DNA of 60,390 nt from an uncultured Bacteroidales bacterium (lineage in GTDB: Bacteria > Bacteroidota > Bacteroidia > Bacteroidales > UBA4417): positions 1 through 60,390 of the forward strand of contig CAIWMA010000231.1 of assembly GCA_903913645.1 (NCBI GenBank), written 5' to 3'. Positions 41,874-51,039 of this stretch are shown here, piece after piece. Both the position numbers and the translations under genes were made by a program. The number at the start of each line of letters is the position of its first letter. Position 1 is the first letter of the stretch. The notes under the pieces were generated by a model. The model was not told the origin of the DNA and ran no database searches. It saw only the letters and a list, made by a program, of their open reading frames with translations.

Positions 41874-43331
41874 CTAGAATTTGATGCGTTTTTCAATTTC
41901 TTCCACATAGGTACGGAATTGCTTGTCGGTCTCAATAAGGTTATTGACGGTGCGGCAGGCATGAAGTACTGTTGCATGGTCCTTGTTGCCACAATGCAGA
42001 CCGATAGTCGCCAGCGAAGCCTTAGTGTGCTTCTTAGAGTAATACATAGCTAGCTGACGGGCCTGAACAATATCGCGCTTGCGGGTTTTGGAGTTTATGG
42101 CATCAACAGGAATGTCGAAGTAATCGCAAACAATCTTCTGGATAAAATCAATTGATATTTCGCGTGCAGTGTTTTTTACGAATTTATCAATCATTTGCCT
42201 TGCCAGGTCGATAGTGATGGCTTTCTTATTTAATGACGACTGTGCCATTAATGATATAAGCGCTCCTTCCAGCTCGCGTACATTGGTTGTAATGCTGTAA
42301 GCAAGGTATTCGAGAACCTCGTAAGGCATATCAATTCCGTCCTTATACAATCTCTTTTTCAGAATGGCAATACGTGTTTCCAGATCTGGCACCTGTAAAT
42401 CGGCTGCCAGTCCCCATTTGAACCTTGACAATAACCTTGGCTCCAAGCCCTTTAATTCAACAGGCGCTTTATCGCTGGTGAGAATAAGTTGTTTGCCTTT
42501 TTGATGCAGGTGGTTGAAAATATGAAAGAAAACATCCTGCGTTTTTTCTTTCCCCGAAAGGAAATGAATATCGTCAATGATCAGTACATCGATCATCTGG
42601 TAAAAGTGAACAAAATCATTCTGGTTATTACTACGAACTGAATCTATAAATTGTTGCGTAAACTGCTCAGTTGCAACATATAAAACAGTTTTCTCAGGGA
42701 AATTATTCTTTACCTGCAAACCTATGGCCTGGGCAAGGTGAGTTTTGCCTAAACCAACCGGGCTGTATAGAAATAAAGGGTTAAATGCTGTTTTGCCAGG
42801 GTTACATGCAACTGCATAACCAGCTGAACGGGCTAACCTGTTGCAGTCACCTTCAATAAAATTATCGAAAGAGTAAGATTCGTTCAGTTGCGATTGAACC
42901 TGGATCTTTTTCAGACCGGGAATTACAAAAGGATTAGGTATTTCTTTCGATTTCCCTGCATTTAAATCAATCGGCATTTGCACTGATGGATTTGTGGTAG
43001 CTTTCCGGTTACTTGTTGGAATTTTGATAGTGTATGGATCGGAAGTATAAGCACCTTCCATTACAATGCTGTATTCTAGCCTTCCGTTTGGACCCAGTTC
43101 GTTGCGAATGGTTTTCTTCAGAAGTGTAATGTAATGTTCTTCCAGCCATTCATAAAAAAACTGGCTCGGAACCTGGATGGTGAGAATATTGTTATCCAGT
43201 TTAATTGCTTTAATAGGAGAAAACCAGGTTTTGAAGCTTTGATAGTTGAGGTTGTCGCGGATTACTTTAAGGCAATTTTCCCAAACTTCCTGATGAAGTT
43301 CTTTAATTCCTTCAATTTCGTTGTATTGCAT
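41874..43331 (-). CDS. dnaA: Chromosomal replication initiator DnaA
   Basis: FDNFIEGDCN, FNPLFLY..VGLGKTHL, LIIDDIHFL, RLLSRF, NVRELEGAL, domain IV RQLAMY...DHATVLHA. Confidence 0.98.
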   Translation of the reverse strand: MQYNEIEGIKELHQEVWENCLKVIRDNLNYQSFKTWFSPIKAIKLDNNILTIQVPSQFFYEWLEEHYITLLKKTIRNELGPNGRLEYSIVMEGAYTSDPYTIKIPTSNRKATTNPSVQMPIDLNAGKSKEIPNPFVIPGLKKIQVQSQLNESYSFDNFIEGDCNRLARSAGYAVACNPGKTAFNPLFLYSPVGLGKTHLAQAIGLQVKNNFPEKTVLYVATEQFTQQFIDSVRSNNQNDFVHFYQMIDVLIIDDIHFLSGKEKTQDVFFHIFNHLHQKGKQLILTSDKAPVELKGLEPRLLSRFKWGLAADLQVPDLETRIAILKKRLYKDGIDMPYEVLEYLAYSITTNVRELEGALISLMAQSSLNKKAITIDLARQMIDKFVKNTAREISIDFIQKIVCDYFDIPVDAINSKTRKRDIVQARQLAMYYSKKHTKASLATIGLHCGNKDHATVLHACRTVNNLIETDKQFRTYVEEIEKRIKF

Positions 43332-43539
43332 GTTTACTCTTGGTTATTTTGGTCTTTAAATCAGCATCTTATCAGCTTAATAGCTAAAAACATCAATGAA
43401 AAATTGTGGTCAGTCATAAAAGTGTTCAAAAATCATCATAACAAAGTTCAAAAAAAAATTTTAATGATATTTGATTTTTAATATTTTAGTCGTATATGGC
43501 AAACTGCATTAAAAATTAGCCGGATTCCAGCTTAAAATG

Positions 43540-44154
43540 TTAAGAAATTGATAAGTATTTAATAATTAATTGGTTTACCTTCGAAAATTTGCCTACCACC
43601 CGCTCCGAATTGCTATGCCGGATTGCCAGCCGGATAACACATTTCATGCCAAACTCATTGTTAATAACTTCTAATATTTCATCTTTGATAATTTTCATCA
43701 CATCATTCATTACCTCATAGGGATACATAATTTCATAAGTTTCCTTTACAATTTTGGTCAAAATAGTTGAATTGCTTAATGCATCAAGTGCAGCTGTTTT
43801 ATATGCATTTATTAAACCCGGTACTCCGAGATTTGTTCCGCCATAATACCTCACAACTACAATCAGAGTATTGGTTAGGTCAGCCGAAAGCAGTTGCCCG
43901 TAAATCGGACGCCCTGCTGTTCCGGATGGTTCACCATCGTCATTTACGCGGTAAGCCGATTTATCGAATCCCAGAATGTAGGCATAACAATGGTGTGTTG
44001 CATCATAGTATTGCTTCCGTAACGCATCGAGTTGTTGCTTCACTTCCTGCTCGCTGGAGACCGGAATAGCAAATGCCAGAAATTTGCTCCCCTTTTTGCG
44101 GTAGGATCCCTGCGATGATTTTTCTATTGTTTTATATTCGTCGCTGAAAAGCAT
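43540..44154 (-). CDS. yigZ: YigZ/IMPACT family protein
   Basis: KGSKFLA, ATHHCYAY, DDGEPSGTAG.PI, VVVRYYGG..LG..GLINAY. Confidence 0.92.
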   Translation of the reverse strand: MLFSDEYKTIEKSSQGSYRKKGSKFLAFAIPVSSEQEVKQQLDALRKQYYDATHHCYAYILGFDKSAYRVNDDGEPSGTAGRPIYGQLLSADLTNTLIVVVRYYGGTNLGVPGLINAYKTAALDALSNSTILTKIVKETYEIMYPYEVMNDVMKIIKDEILEVINNEFGMKCVIRLAIRHSNSERVVGKFSKVNQLIIKYLSIS

Positions 44155-44318
44155 CCGCTACTGAAAGTTCTGAAAATTGGATTGATTTTACCGATTCCGG
44201 TTTTTGCAAAGATAGGCAGACCGGAAGGTATTTCTGAATGTTTTGCCATATATTTTTCCAGCATCAGCATTACATCGATCATTTGTCTAATTTTGACCTC
44301 TTTATTATAATAAGGTAT

Positions 44319-45239
44319 ATGACATCACACCTGGGCGAATTTGCTGCTTTACTTACAACTCTATTCTGGACTATTACGGCTTTAGCATTTGAATCTGCCA
44401 GCAAACGGATTGGTTCCATGCATGTTAACCTGCTCAGGCTTGGTCTGGCAGCTATATTTCTCTCGGTGTTTTCCTATTTCTACAGGGGGCTTTTGCTGCC
44501 TTTAGATGCTGATCTCCATACCTGGACTTGGCTTGCAATTTCGGGCATTGTAGGTTTTATCATCGGAGATTATTGCCTGTTTAAAGCTTATGTTATAACA
44601 GGAGCAAGGGTTGCCATGCTGATGATGACACTTGCACCGGTTTTTGCAGCGTTCACTGCCTGGATCATGTTAGGCGAGGTAATGAGTGGGAAAAGCATGC
44701 TTGCAATGATTATTACCTTGGGCGGTATTGCCCTAGTAATTTTTACCCGTACAGAAAATTCTGAACCGAGCCTATCAAAGAGTAAAAGACGGTACTCAAT
44801 GTCCTATCCTGTAAAAGGTGTTATTCTGGGTATTATTGCTGCTGCCGGGCAAGGCATAGGGTTGGTGTTTAGTAAATATGGTATGAGGAATTATGATCCA
44901 TTTGCTGCATCACATATCAGGGTTATAACTGGTTTTATCGGCTTTGCTATTTTGTTTTTTGTTTTAGGGAAATGGAAAGAATTACCCACATCCTTCAGGA
45001 ATACCAAAGCCATGAAATGGCTTGTAGTCGGGTCCATATTTGGCCCATTTCTTGGTGTTTCATTTTCGCTGATGGCCGTTCAGCATACCAATGCCGGAAT
45101 TGCTCAGACTATAATGTCGCTTACGCCTGTATTTATTATTCCTCCTGCAGTTATATTTAATAAGGAGCGGGTTACTGTGCGCGAAATCATTGGGGCAGTT
45201 ATTGCGGTGTGTGGCGGTGTGCTGTTTTTTATCTGGTAA
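44319..45239 (+). CDS. DMT/EamA family transporter
   Basis: About ten hydrophobic helices in two EamA-like halves. Start moved to the ATG at 44319 because a TAATTTTG -7 box lies at 44288-44295. Confidence 0.85.
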   Translation: MTSHLGEFAALLTTLFWTITALAFESASKRIGSMHVNLLRLGLAAIFLSVFSYFYRGLLLPLDADLHTWTWLAISGIVGFIIGDYCLFKAYVITGARVAMLMMTLAPVFAAFTAWIMLGEVMSGKSMLAMIITLGGIALVIFTRTENSEPSLSKSKRRYSMSYPVKGVILGIIAAAGQGIGLVFSKYGMRNYDPFAASHIRVITGFIGFAILFFVLGKWKELPTSFRNTKAMKWLVVGSIFGPFLGVSFSLMAVQHTNAGIAQTIMSLTPVFIIPPAVIFNKERVTVREIIGAVIAVCGGVLFFIW

Positions 45240-45323
45240 ATCTCACCTTTTGAAGTTCTTAACCTGAGACTTTTCTCAGATACTTTACACATAATTAAAA
45301 TCATGTGTAAAAAGTCTCATAGC

Positions 45324-45407
45324 CCCTTTTCAAAGATTTTGTACATGTTACTTAAATATCATGTTTTCCCATGATGTTTGATGTATCATTATAGTTAGAT
45401 ATTTGCA
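45324..45407 (+). promoter_or_regulatory. Upstream element copy 1: ATCATG-N6-CATGAT palindrome (45358-45375) plus GATATTTGCA -7-like box (45398-45407)
   Basis: 47 of 55 nt identical, ungapped, to 47720-47774; 22-nt gap between palindrome and box in both copies. Confidence 0.7.
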
Positions 45408-45470
45408 TACTACAATGCCTTAAACCAAAACTGAATGAACTAATTTTTTAACAATTAAAAACTCAGCATT

Positions 45471-47444
45471 ATGAGAAAGATAATTACGCTTATAACAGCC
45501 ATTTTTGTTTCTGTTTTTGTTTCCGCCCAGGCACCTCAGAAAATGAGTTACCAGGCTGTAATCAGGGATGCCGGAAATACACTTGTAGTAAATCGTTCTG
45601 TTGGAATGAGGATAAGCATATTGCAGGGGACCTCGGCTATTTATGTTGAAACACAAACAGCAACAACCAATGCCAATGGATTGGTGACTATTGAAATTGG
45701 TGGTGGAACTGTAGTTTCTGGCAATTTTTCGACAATAAATTGGGCAAGTGGAGCCTATTCCATTAAAACCGAAACTGATCCGGTTGGAGGAACCAACTAC
45801 AGTATTACCGGAACGAGTAAATTGCTAAGTGTTCCTTATGCATTATTCTCGGCAAATGGCCCTCAAGGTATTCAAGGTCCGGCAGGGCCACAAGGTTTAA
45901 CAGGTCCTATCGGACCAATTGGTCCTACCGGATTGACTGGTCCAGCCGGTGCCAAAGGTTCAACAGGTGCAACAGGCCCAACAGGTGCAACTGGCCCAAC
46001 AGGTATTTCAGGTCCGGCTGGCCCAGCAGGAGTTTCAGGCCCGGCAGGTCCTGCGGGAGCTAAAGGATCAACAGGTGCAACTGGATTAACAGGGCCTACA
46101 GGTCCAATTGGCCCGACAGGCGCCACTGGCTCGGTGGGTCAAACAGGCGCAACTGGTGCAGCAGGGTCAACAGGTCCTGCAGGCATTTTAACATCCGGAT
46201 CTGCCGCAGGCAATACTCCATACTGGAACGGAACAGCCTGGATTACAAACAGTAGTAATATTTTTAATAATGGCGGTGCTGTTGGCATTGGCACTGCAAC
46301 ACCAGGTTTCCCATTAAACTTTTCCAACGCATTGGGCGATAAAATTTCGCTTTATGGGAACACAGGCGGCCATTATGGTTTTGGCGTGCAAGGTGCATTG
46401 CTGCAAATACACAGCGATGCATCAGCAGCAAATATTGCATTCGGGTATGGGTCAAGTGCAAGTTTTACCGAACGGATGCGAATCATCAATGCAGGTGGTG
46501 ACGGATTGTCATTGAATGGCCGCATGACCTTACGCAACGGCACCGTCCCATTAGACATTAACTATGGCAGCGGTATTTGGATGTACAAAGCTGACAACTC
46601 TGCAGCTCTTGGTTTTATGGGTGTGCAAAACAATCAAAACCTGGGTTTTTATGGCGGGCCAGGTGGTTGGGGGTTTACTTATGATGCACTGAACAGTCGC
46701 GTGGGAATCGGCAATAACAATCCCAACGCACCGCTTGCATTTGCAGCATCCCTGGGAAAAAAAATAACCTTATATCCCGGTACCACTGGTGATGTTGGCT
46801 TTGGTGTTGCTGGTAACCGCTTGCAGATTTACGCTGATAATCCAAATGCAGATGTGGCTATTGGTTATGATGCAGCAGGAACATTTAATGAACGCTTTGC
46901 AGTAAAGGCTAATGGTGCACTTGCTGTAAATAGTAATACAGGAACTGCAGGGCAAGTATTGCAGAGCAATGGGGGAGCAAGTGCTGCCAAATGGGGATAT
47001 ACTCCATCTGTTGTTTTTTTTACTACCCAAGGTAGCATCACGTTAAATGGCACAGATTTATGTACCGATATTACAGGCATAAATGGAAATGTTTTTACTA
47101 TTGCTGCAGCATCAATGATTACATATTCCTATTCTATTCCACTTTTTGGTATTAGTGGTCCATTGTCGTCAACAGGATTTGTGATTATTCAAATATTAGA
47201 TGCTAATGGAAACCAGGTTTCAGCAACTAACTCGGTTTTTACAGTCGAAAGCTATATAGCTCGAACTATTAACCTAACAGGTGTAGGCGATCTTGCTGCT
47301 GGTACCTATACGATAATTGCAAAATTAGCGCGGATATCAGTTGGAGAAGGAGATACTAAAAACCTGGTTGCTAGTTTTAATCTTTGTTCAGAATTTGTGG
47401 GAGTTTACCCCGGTCAATTGATCATATCTATTTTCCCAAAATAA
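45471..47444 (+). CDS. Secreted collagen-like / tail-fibre-like protein
   Basis: Signal peptide VSA|Q, Bacteroidota N-domain (SYQAVIRD...LLSVPYAL), 37 consecutive Gly-X-Y triplets, two VGIG-initiated fibre-shaft repeats, beta-rich C-terminal head. Confidence 0.85.
   Translation: MRKIITLITAIFVSVFVSAQAPQKMSYQAVIRDAGNTLVVNRSVGMRISILQGTSAIYVETQTATTNANGLVTIEIGGGTVVSGNFSTINWASGAYSIKTETDPVGGTNYSITGTSKLLSVPYALFSANGPQGIQGPAGPQGLTGPIGPIGPTGLTGPAGAKGSTGATGPTGATGPTGISGPAGPAGVSGPAGPAGAKGSTGATGLTGPTGPIGPTGATGSVGQTGATGAAGSTGPAGILTSGSAAGNTPYWNGTAWITNSSNIFNNGGAVGIGTATPGFPLNFSNALGDKISLYGNTGGHYGFGVQGALLQIHSDASAANIAFGYGSSASFTERMRIINAGGDGLSLNGRMTLRNGTVPLDINYGSGIWMYKADNSAALGFMGVQNNQNLGFYGGPGGWGFTYDALNSRVGIGNNNPNAPLAFAASLGKKITLYPGTTGDVGFGVAGNRLQIYADNPNADVAIGYDAAGTFNERFAVKANGALAVNSNTGTAGQVLQSNGGASAAKWGYTPSVVFFTTQGSITLNGTDLCTDITGINGNVFTIAAASMITYSYSIPLFGISGPLSSTGFVIIQILDANGNQVSATNSVFTVESYIARTINLTGVGDLAAGTYTIIAKLARISVGEGDTKNLVASFNLCSEFVGVYPGQLIISIFPK
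45858..46190 (+). repeat. Collagen Gly-X-Y repeat (37 triplets, Thr/Pro/Ala-rich)
   Basis: GPQ GIQ GPA ... GST GPA GIL, uninterrupted. Confidence 0.95.
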
Positions 47445-47719
47445 AAACAAGTTCAAATTTCAATACAAAACGGGCACTGTGCCTAAAAACAGTTCTTTCG
47501 ATTAAGATAGCGGATTCAGGCTTGTCACTTTTGGCTCAGGTACTTGTAATTTTGAATTGACAGCGCAACAAGATTCGGAAGGGTATTTTGGTGTTTATCC
47601 TGAAACAAACCCTTGGTGAAAATTTATACCATTTGCAGTAAACCTGGCAAGGTGTAAATCTTATCTGGGCAACGTATTCTTATGCCTTTTTAAGAACACC
47701 AATAATCCTGTTCTTATCT

Positions 47720-47803
47720 CCTTTTTCAATGATTTCGAACATATTACATAAATATCATGTTTTTACATGATGTTAAACCTTTTATTTTGAAACGATATTT
47801 GCA
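47720..47803 (+). promoter_or_regulatory. Upstream element copy 2: ATCATG-N6-CATGAT palindrome (47754-47771) plus GATATTTGCA (47794-47803)
   Basis: Near-identical to 45324-45407; lies about 22 nt before the probable start at 47826. Confidence 0.7.
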
Positions 47804-47825
47804 AATCAGCATTAACAGAATGATT

Positions 47826-49940
47826 ATGAAAAGAAATATTCTTGCTTTTGTTTTTTTAGTAACAGTTGGTTTCTCGTTTGCGCAAACAAAAACCAAACCG
47901 GTAGAAAAGCCTCCCACTCAAAAGGAGATGGAGGAAATGATGAAAGAGGTGCAGCAGGGAATGGACAGTATTAGCCCGGAAGATAAAAAGGCAATGGAGG
48001 ACATGGGTGTTAAATTGCCTTCAATGAATGGTATGCCTCAATTGACCGACCAACAAATGCAGGATGCAAGTGCTGCGAACGAAAGGATTGTACCGGAAAA
48101 AGATATTGCCAGGATTGCAAGTATTTCTAAAGTTCCGCTGACGAATAGTTCTCTGCCATCATTCTTATCCGCAACCCATGCCAATGTTGTGGCTTTGCTA
48201 AAACCATTATCACAATCAAAAGGGGAGGAGCTTTACCAGTTATTAAAAACCGAACATAATTCCATTGCTGAAATCGGCAATACAGCAGCAGGTTTATGGA
48301 TGATGGGCCGCGCAGAAATTGCTCTTTATTTGACTGGCAAAGCATGCATTGCAGATCAGGCAAATACAGATAACCTGAGCAATTATGCATCCATGTTATC
48401 CATGTCTGGTGCTGAACAATTGGCAATTCCCATTCTGGATAATTTAAACAAACGCTTTCCGGATAACAGCACAATACTCAACAATATCGGCCAGGCCTGG
48501 TTTGGCCTGGGCGATATGGATGAAGCAAATAAATATTTAGACAAAACAATTCGTATTTGTGCCGCTCATCCACAAGCAAATTTTACGAAATCTTTTATAC
48601 TGGAAAGCAAAGGTAACATGCGAGGCGCAGTTGAAGCAGCTGTTGCCAGCACTAAAGCCGGCTATAGCCAGGAGAAGGAAAACCGGCTGAGTAAATTAGG
48701 ATATGATCTGAAAAGTGATGATGTACAATGGGATAAGCCAATGCCGCAGGATCCGCTGGGCCTTGAAAAGTTCAGGTGGCCTGCTTTCCCAATGTCAGTG
48801 GAAACCAGTAAAGGGTTGGAGAATGAATGGGATGCTTTCAGGGAGTCATGTGCTGAAGAACTGGAAAAATTACAAAGCCAGGAGGCTGAATTGATAGAAG
48901 TCGCAAATTCTGTCAGCGATATGCGCAATAAGCAGTTACTCGGAGCCGGCTCCAAAGGGCAGGCTGCTTCACTTTTCCCGCCCCTGGCATATAAGGCTTT
49001 TGTAAAGTTAAAATACCTGGTTGATGATAAGGACGGGCATATAGCATTTTCATCCGCAAAAAAAACAGAAGCTATAGTGCAGGCAAATACTGATCTGGAC
49101 ATTCTTTATAATGCCTATTCCGATCAAATTAAAGCTTTAAATGAGATGTATGGAAAAAAATTTGGCGAAGGCAAGGAAAATCCTTTCAAGGAGGCATGCA
49201 ATGATTTTAATGGTGCAACAAGTAATTATTTAAGCGCAGCCAATTCTCTATTGGAGCGAACACAAATTGATTACCTGAATTTCCTGCGTCGTCGGCTCAA
49301 TGACCAGATTTATTACGACCAGTACACCAAATGGCCCGAACAATTTGAAGTTGAAAAAGTTCTTGCAAAAGAAAAATGGCTGGCATCGATATCAGGTATG
49401 ACAGTTAAGTTTATGAACATAAGCAATTATTGCTTTCAAAATGAGGAAGTTAAACCAGGTAAGTTTTTGCTATCCGAATTTGATGATGTACATTGTGAAT
49501 ACCATAGCGAGTATAAATCACCGGTTGGCAGTATAAATATTGACTGCAGCAGAATGACAACCAAACTGGACCTGAAAGCTATAAAACTTGGATTAAAGCA
49601 GGATATGAATAAGGAAACTTTTGGCGACCAGTTTATGTCATGCTCAGTTGAGGTGGGAGCTAGTGCCAGTGCCGGTGTTAATTTAGGACCGCTAAAAGCT
49701 GAAGCCTCTGCCGGTGTTGCTTTAGGAGTTGAAATTGACCGCACCGGAGTAACAGATGTTATTGTAAAAGGATCGGCAGGTGTAAGCGCCGGTTCTGACA
49801 TTATAAGTGGCGGAAGTAAGGCTGGAGTAGGCGTGAGTGATGTTTCAGTAGAGGCAGGAGTAGAAGGACAGGTAAGCATAATGAGTGGAAAATCCTCTGT
49901 TGGAGGCACCGGGGTTCTATCAGGAGCATTTAAACATTAA
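47826..49940 (+). CDS. Secreted TPR-containing protein with helical middle and Gly/Ala/Val-rich C-terminal region
   Basis: Signal peptide MKRNILAFVFLVTVGFSFA|Q (start moved from 47757, whose ATG lies inside the palindrome); TPR-like ILNNIGQAWFGLGDMDEANKYL; C-terminal SVEVGASASAGV...AEASAGV. Confidence 0.75.
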   Translation: MKRNILAFVFLVTVGFSFAQTKTKPVEKPPTQKEMEEMMKEVQQGMDSISPEDKKAMEDMGVKLPSMNGMPQLTDQQMQDASAANERIVPEKDIARIASISKVPLTNSSLPSFLSATHANVVALLKPLSQSKGEELYQLLKTEHNSIAEIGNTAAGLWMMGRAEIALYLTGKACIADQANTDNLSNYASMLSMSGAEQLAIPILDNLNKRFPDNSTILNNIGQAWFGLGDMDEANKYLDKTIRICAAHPQANFTKSFILESKGNMRGAVEAAVASTKAGYSQEKENRLSKLGYDLKSDDVQWDKPMPQDPLGLEKFRWPAFPMSVETSKGLENEWDAFRESCAEELEKLQSQEAELIEVANSVSDMRNKQLLGAGSKGQAASLFPPLAYKAFVKLKYLVDDKDGHIAFSSAKKTEAIVQANTDLDILYNAYSDQIKALNEMYGKKFGEGKENPFKEACNDFNGATSNYLSAANSLLERTQIDYLNFLRRRLNDQIYYDQYTKWPEQFEVEKVLAKEKWLASISGMTVKFMNISNYCFQNEEVKPGKFLLSEFDDVHCEYHSEYKSPVGSINIDCSRMTTKLDLKAIKLGLKQDMNKETFGDQFMSCSVEVGASASAGVNLGPLKAEASAGVALGVEIDRTGVTDVIVKGSAGVSAGSDIISGGSKAGVGVSDVSVEAGVEGQVSIMSGKSSVGGTGVLSGAFKH

Positions 49941-49944
49941 AACG

Positions 49945-50937
49945 ATGATTAAGAAAACCATTATTCTAATTGCATTTGTGCTTACAGCACTGAGTTCAGT
50001 TGCGCAGGATTGCTCGCAGGAAGATTTGGCTCAAAAACCCGGCACCTGGAAAGCTGGTCAGCAAGGTTCAATTCATAATGTCACAGCAGCTGACCTGGCA
50101 AAAGAAAAGGCAGTATTATCCGGTATTCATAAAATGGTTTCATCGAATTACTCTCCTACAGGATGCCAGATTTCATACAGCACCGTTTTTGGGAAAGTCC
50201 CAATGGAAGGTCAAATATTTAAAGCAGATCCTTACTATTATTCTATGTACATTCTACGGTACCTATGTGATCAAAACAGCGCGGATAAGTCGAAATATTA
50301 TGTAGATATTTCAACCCCTACAACAGTTGATATTGTAGCTAATCAAATCGACTGCCTGAATACATTGTACGCCGCCAATCTTGCTGATGATGATTTCAGG
50401 GGTTATCTAAAACTCAAACAACGGCCACAAAAAAAAGATGGAGTTTGGTTTATGGGTGATGAAGTAGTAGGTGATTCTGGTACAGCATATGAAATAAAAG
50501 AATCCACCTGGCTGATTACCTTTAGTGACACACTTCCATTTATATATGTCACCCGTAAAGAATATCTTTTGATTGAAAGGAAAAGACTGGAGAAATCAGT
50601 AAAAGACAGCCCTGGTGAGAAGGAATATTTCCAAAAATTCCTCGATAATATCAGTGAGTATTTAACCAAGCCAGAGAGCGAATTAAGCCAGCCCGCCATC
50701 TGTTTGTGGAATGACGAAGAAAGGTTTACCGGTTTTGTTGATGAAGGCACCCTGGGCTCTTTTTTTGCAATAAAGCCAAATCTTTCATACTACAAGAAAA
50801 ACCTACCGAAGTCATCGCCACAATTTTTTACTGTTGTCTATACATTATCACTCGGAGATCCGGTGTTTGAGGCAAATATAGCAGCAATAAAAGAAGCCGT
50901 TGATTTTGCCAAGCTGAAAAGCATGCTTGGGAAATAG
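49945..50937 (+). CDS. Secreted hypothetical protein
   Basis: Signal peptide MIKKTIILIAFVLTALSSVA|Q; ATG 4 nt after the previous stop; no recognised family. Confidence 0.7.
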   Translation: MIKKTIILIAFVLTALSSVAQDCSQEDLAQKPGTWKAGQQGSIHNVTAADLAKEKAVLSGIHKMVSSNYSPTGCQISYSTVFGKVPMEGQIFKADPYYYSMYILRYLCDQNSADKSKYYVDISTPTTVDIVANQIDCLNTLYAANLADDDFRGYLKLKQRPQKKDGVWFMGDEVVGDSGTAYEIKESTWLITFSDTLPFIYVTRKEYLLIERKRLEKSVKDSPGEKEYFQKFLDNISEYLTKPESELSQPAICLWNDEERFTGFVDEGTLGSFFAIKPNLSYYKKNLPKSSPQFFTVVYTLSLGDPVFEANIAAIKEAVDFAKLKSMLGK

Positions 50938-51039
50938 GAATAAATCCTTATGAATTACTGCGTATAAAGCATTTTTGAATACGCCTGTTATTAAAGATTA
51001 CCGGAGATTTCAACCAATATTAATAATCAATTAAGTGTC

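Noticed and set aside
43332-43539. Possible oriC upstream of dnaA
   Set aside because: No cluster of TTATCCACA-like boxes. The perfect boxes I noticed (about 21308 and 26503) are isolated and inside coding sequence.
45872-46327. Pro/Gly-rich minus-strand ORFs
   Set aside because: Antisense reading of the collagen repeat.
47757-47825. ORF-track N-terminal extension of the TPR protein (similar extensions at 44238 and 49885)
   Set aside because: These upstream ATGs lie in promoter elements or in the previous gene; the downstream ATGs give clean signal peptides or sit correctly after -7 boxes.
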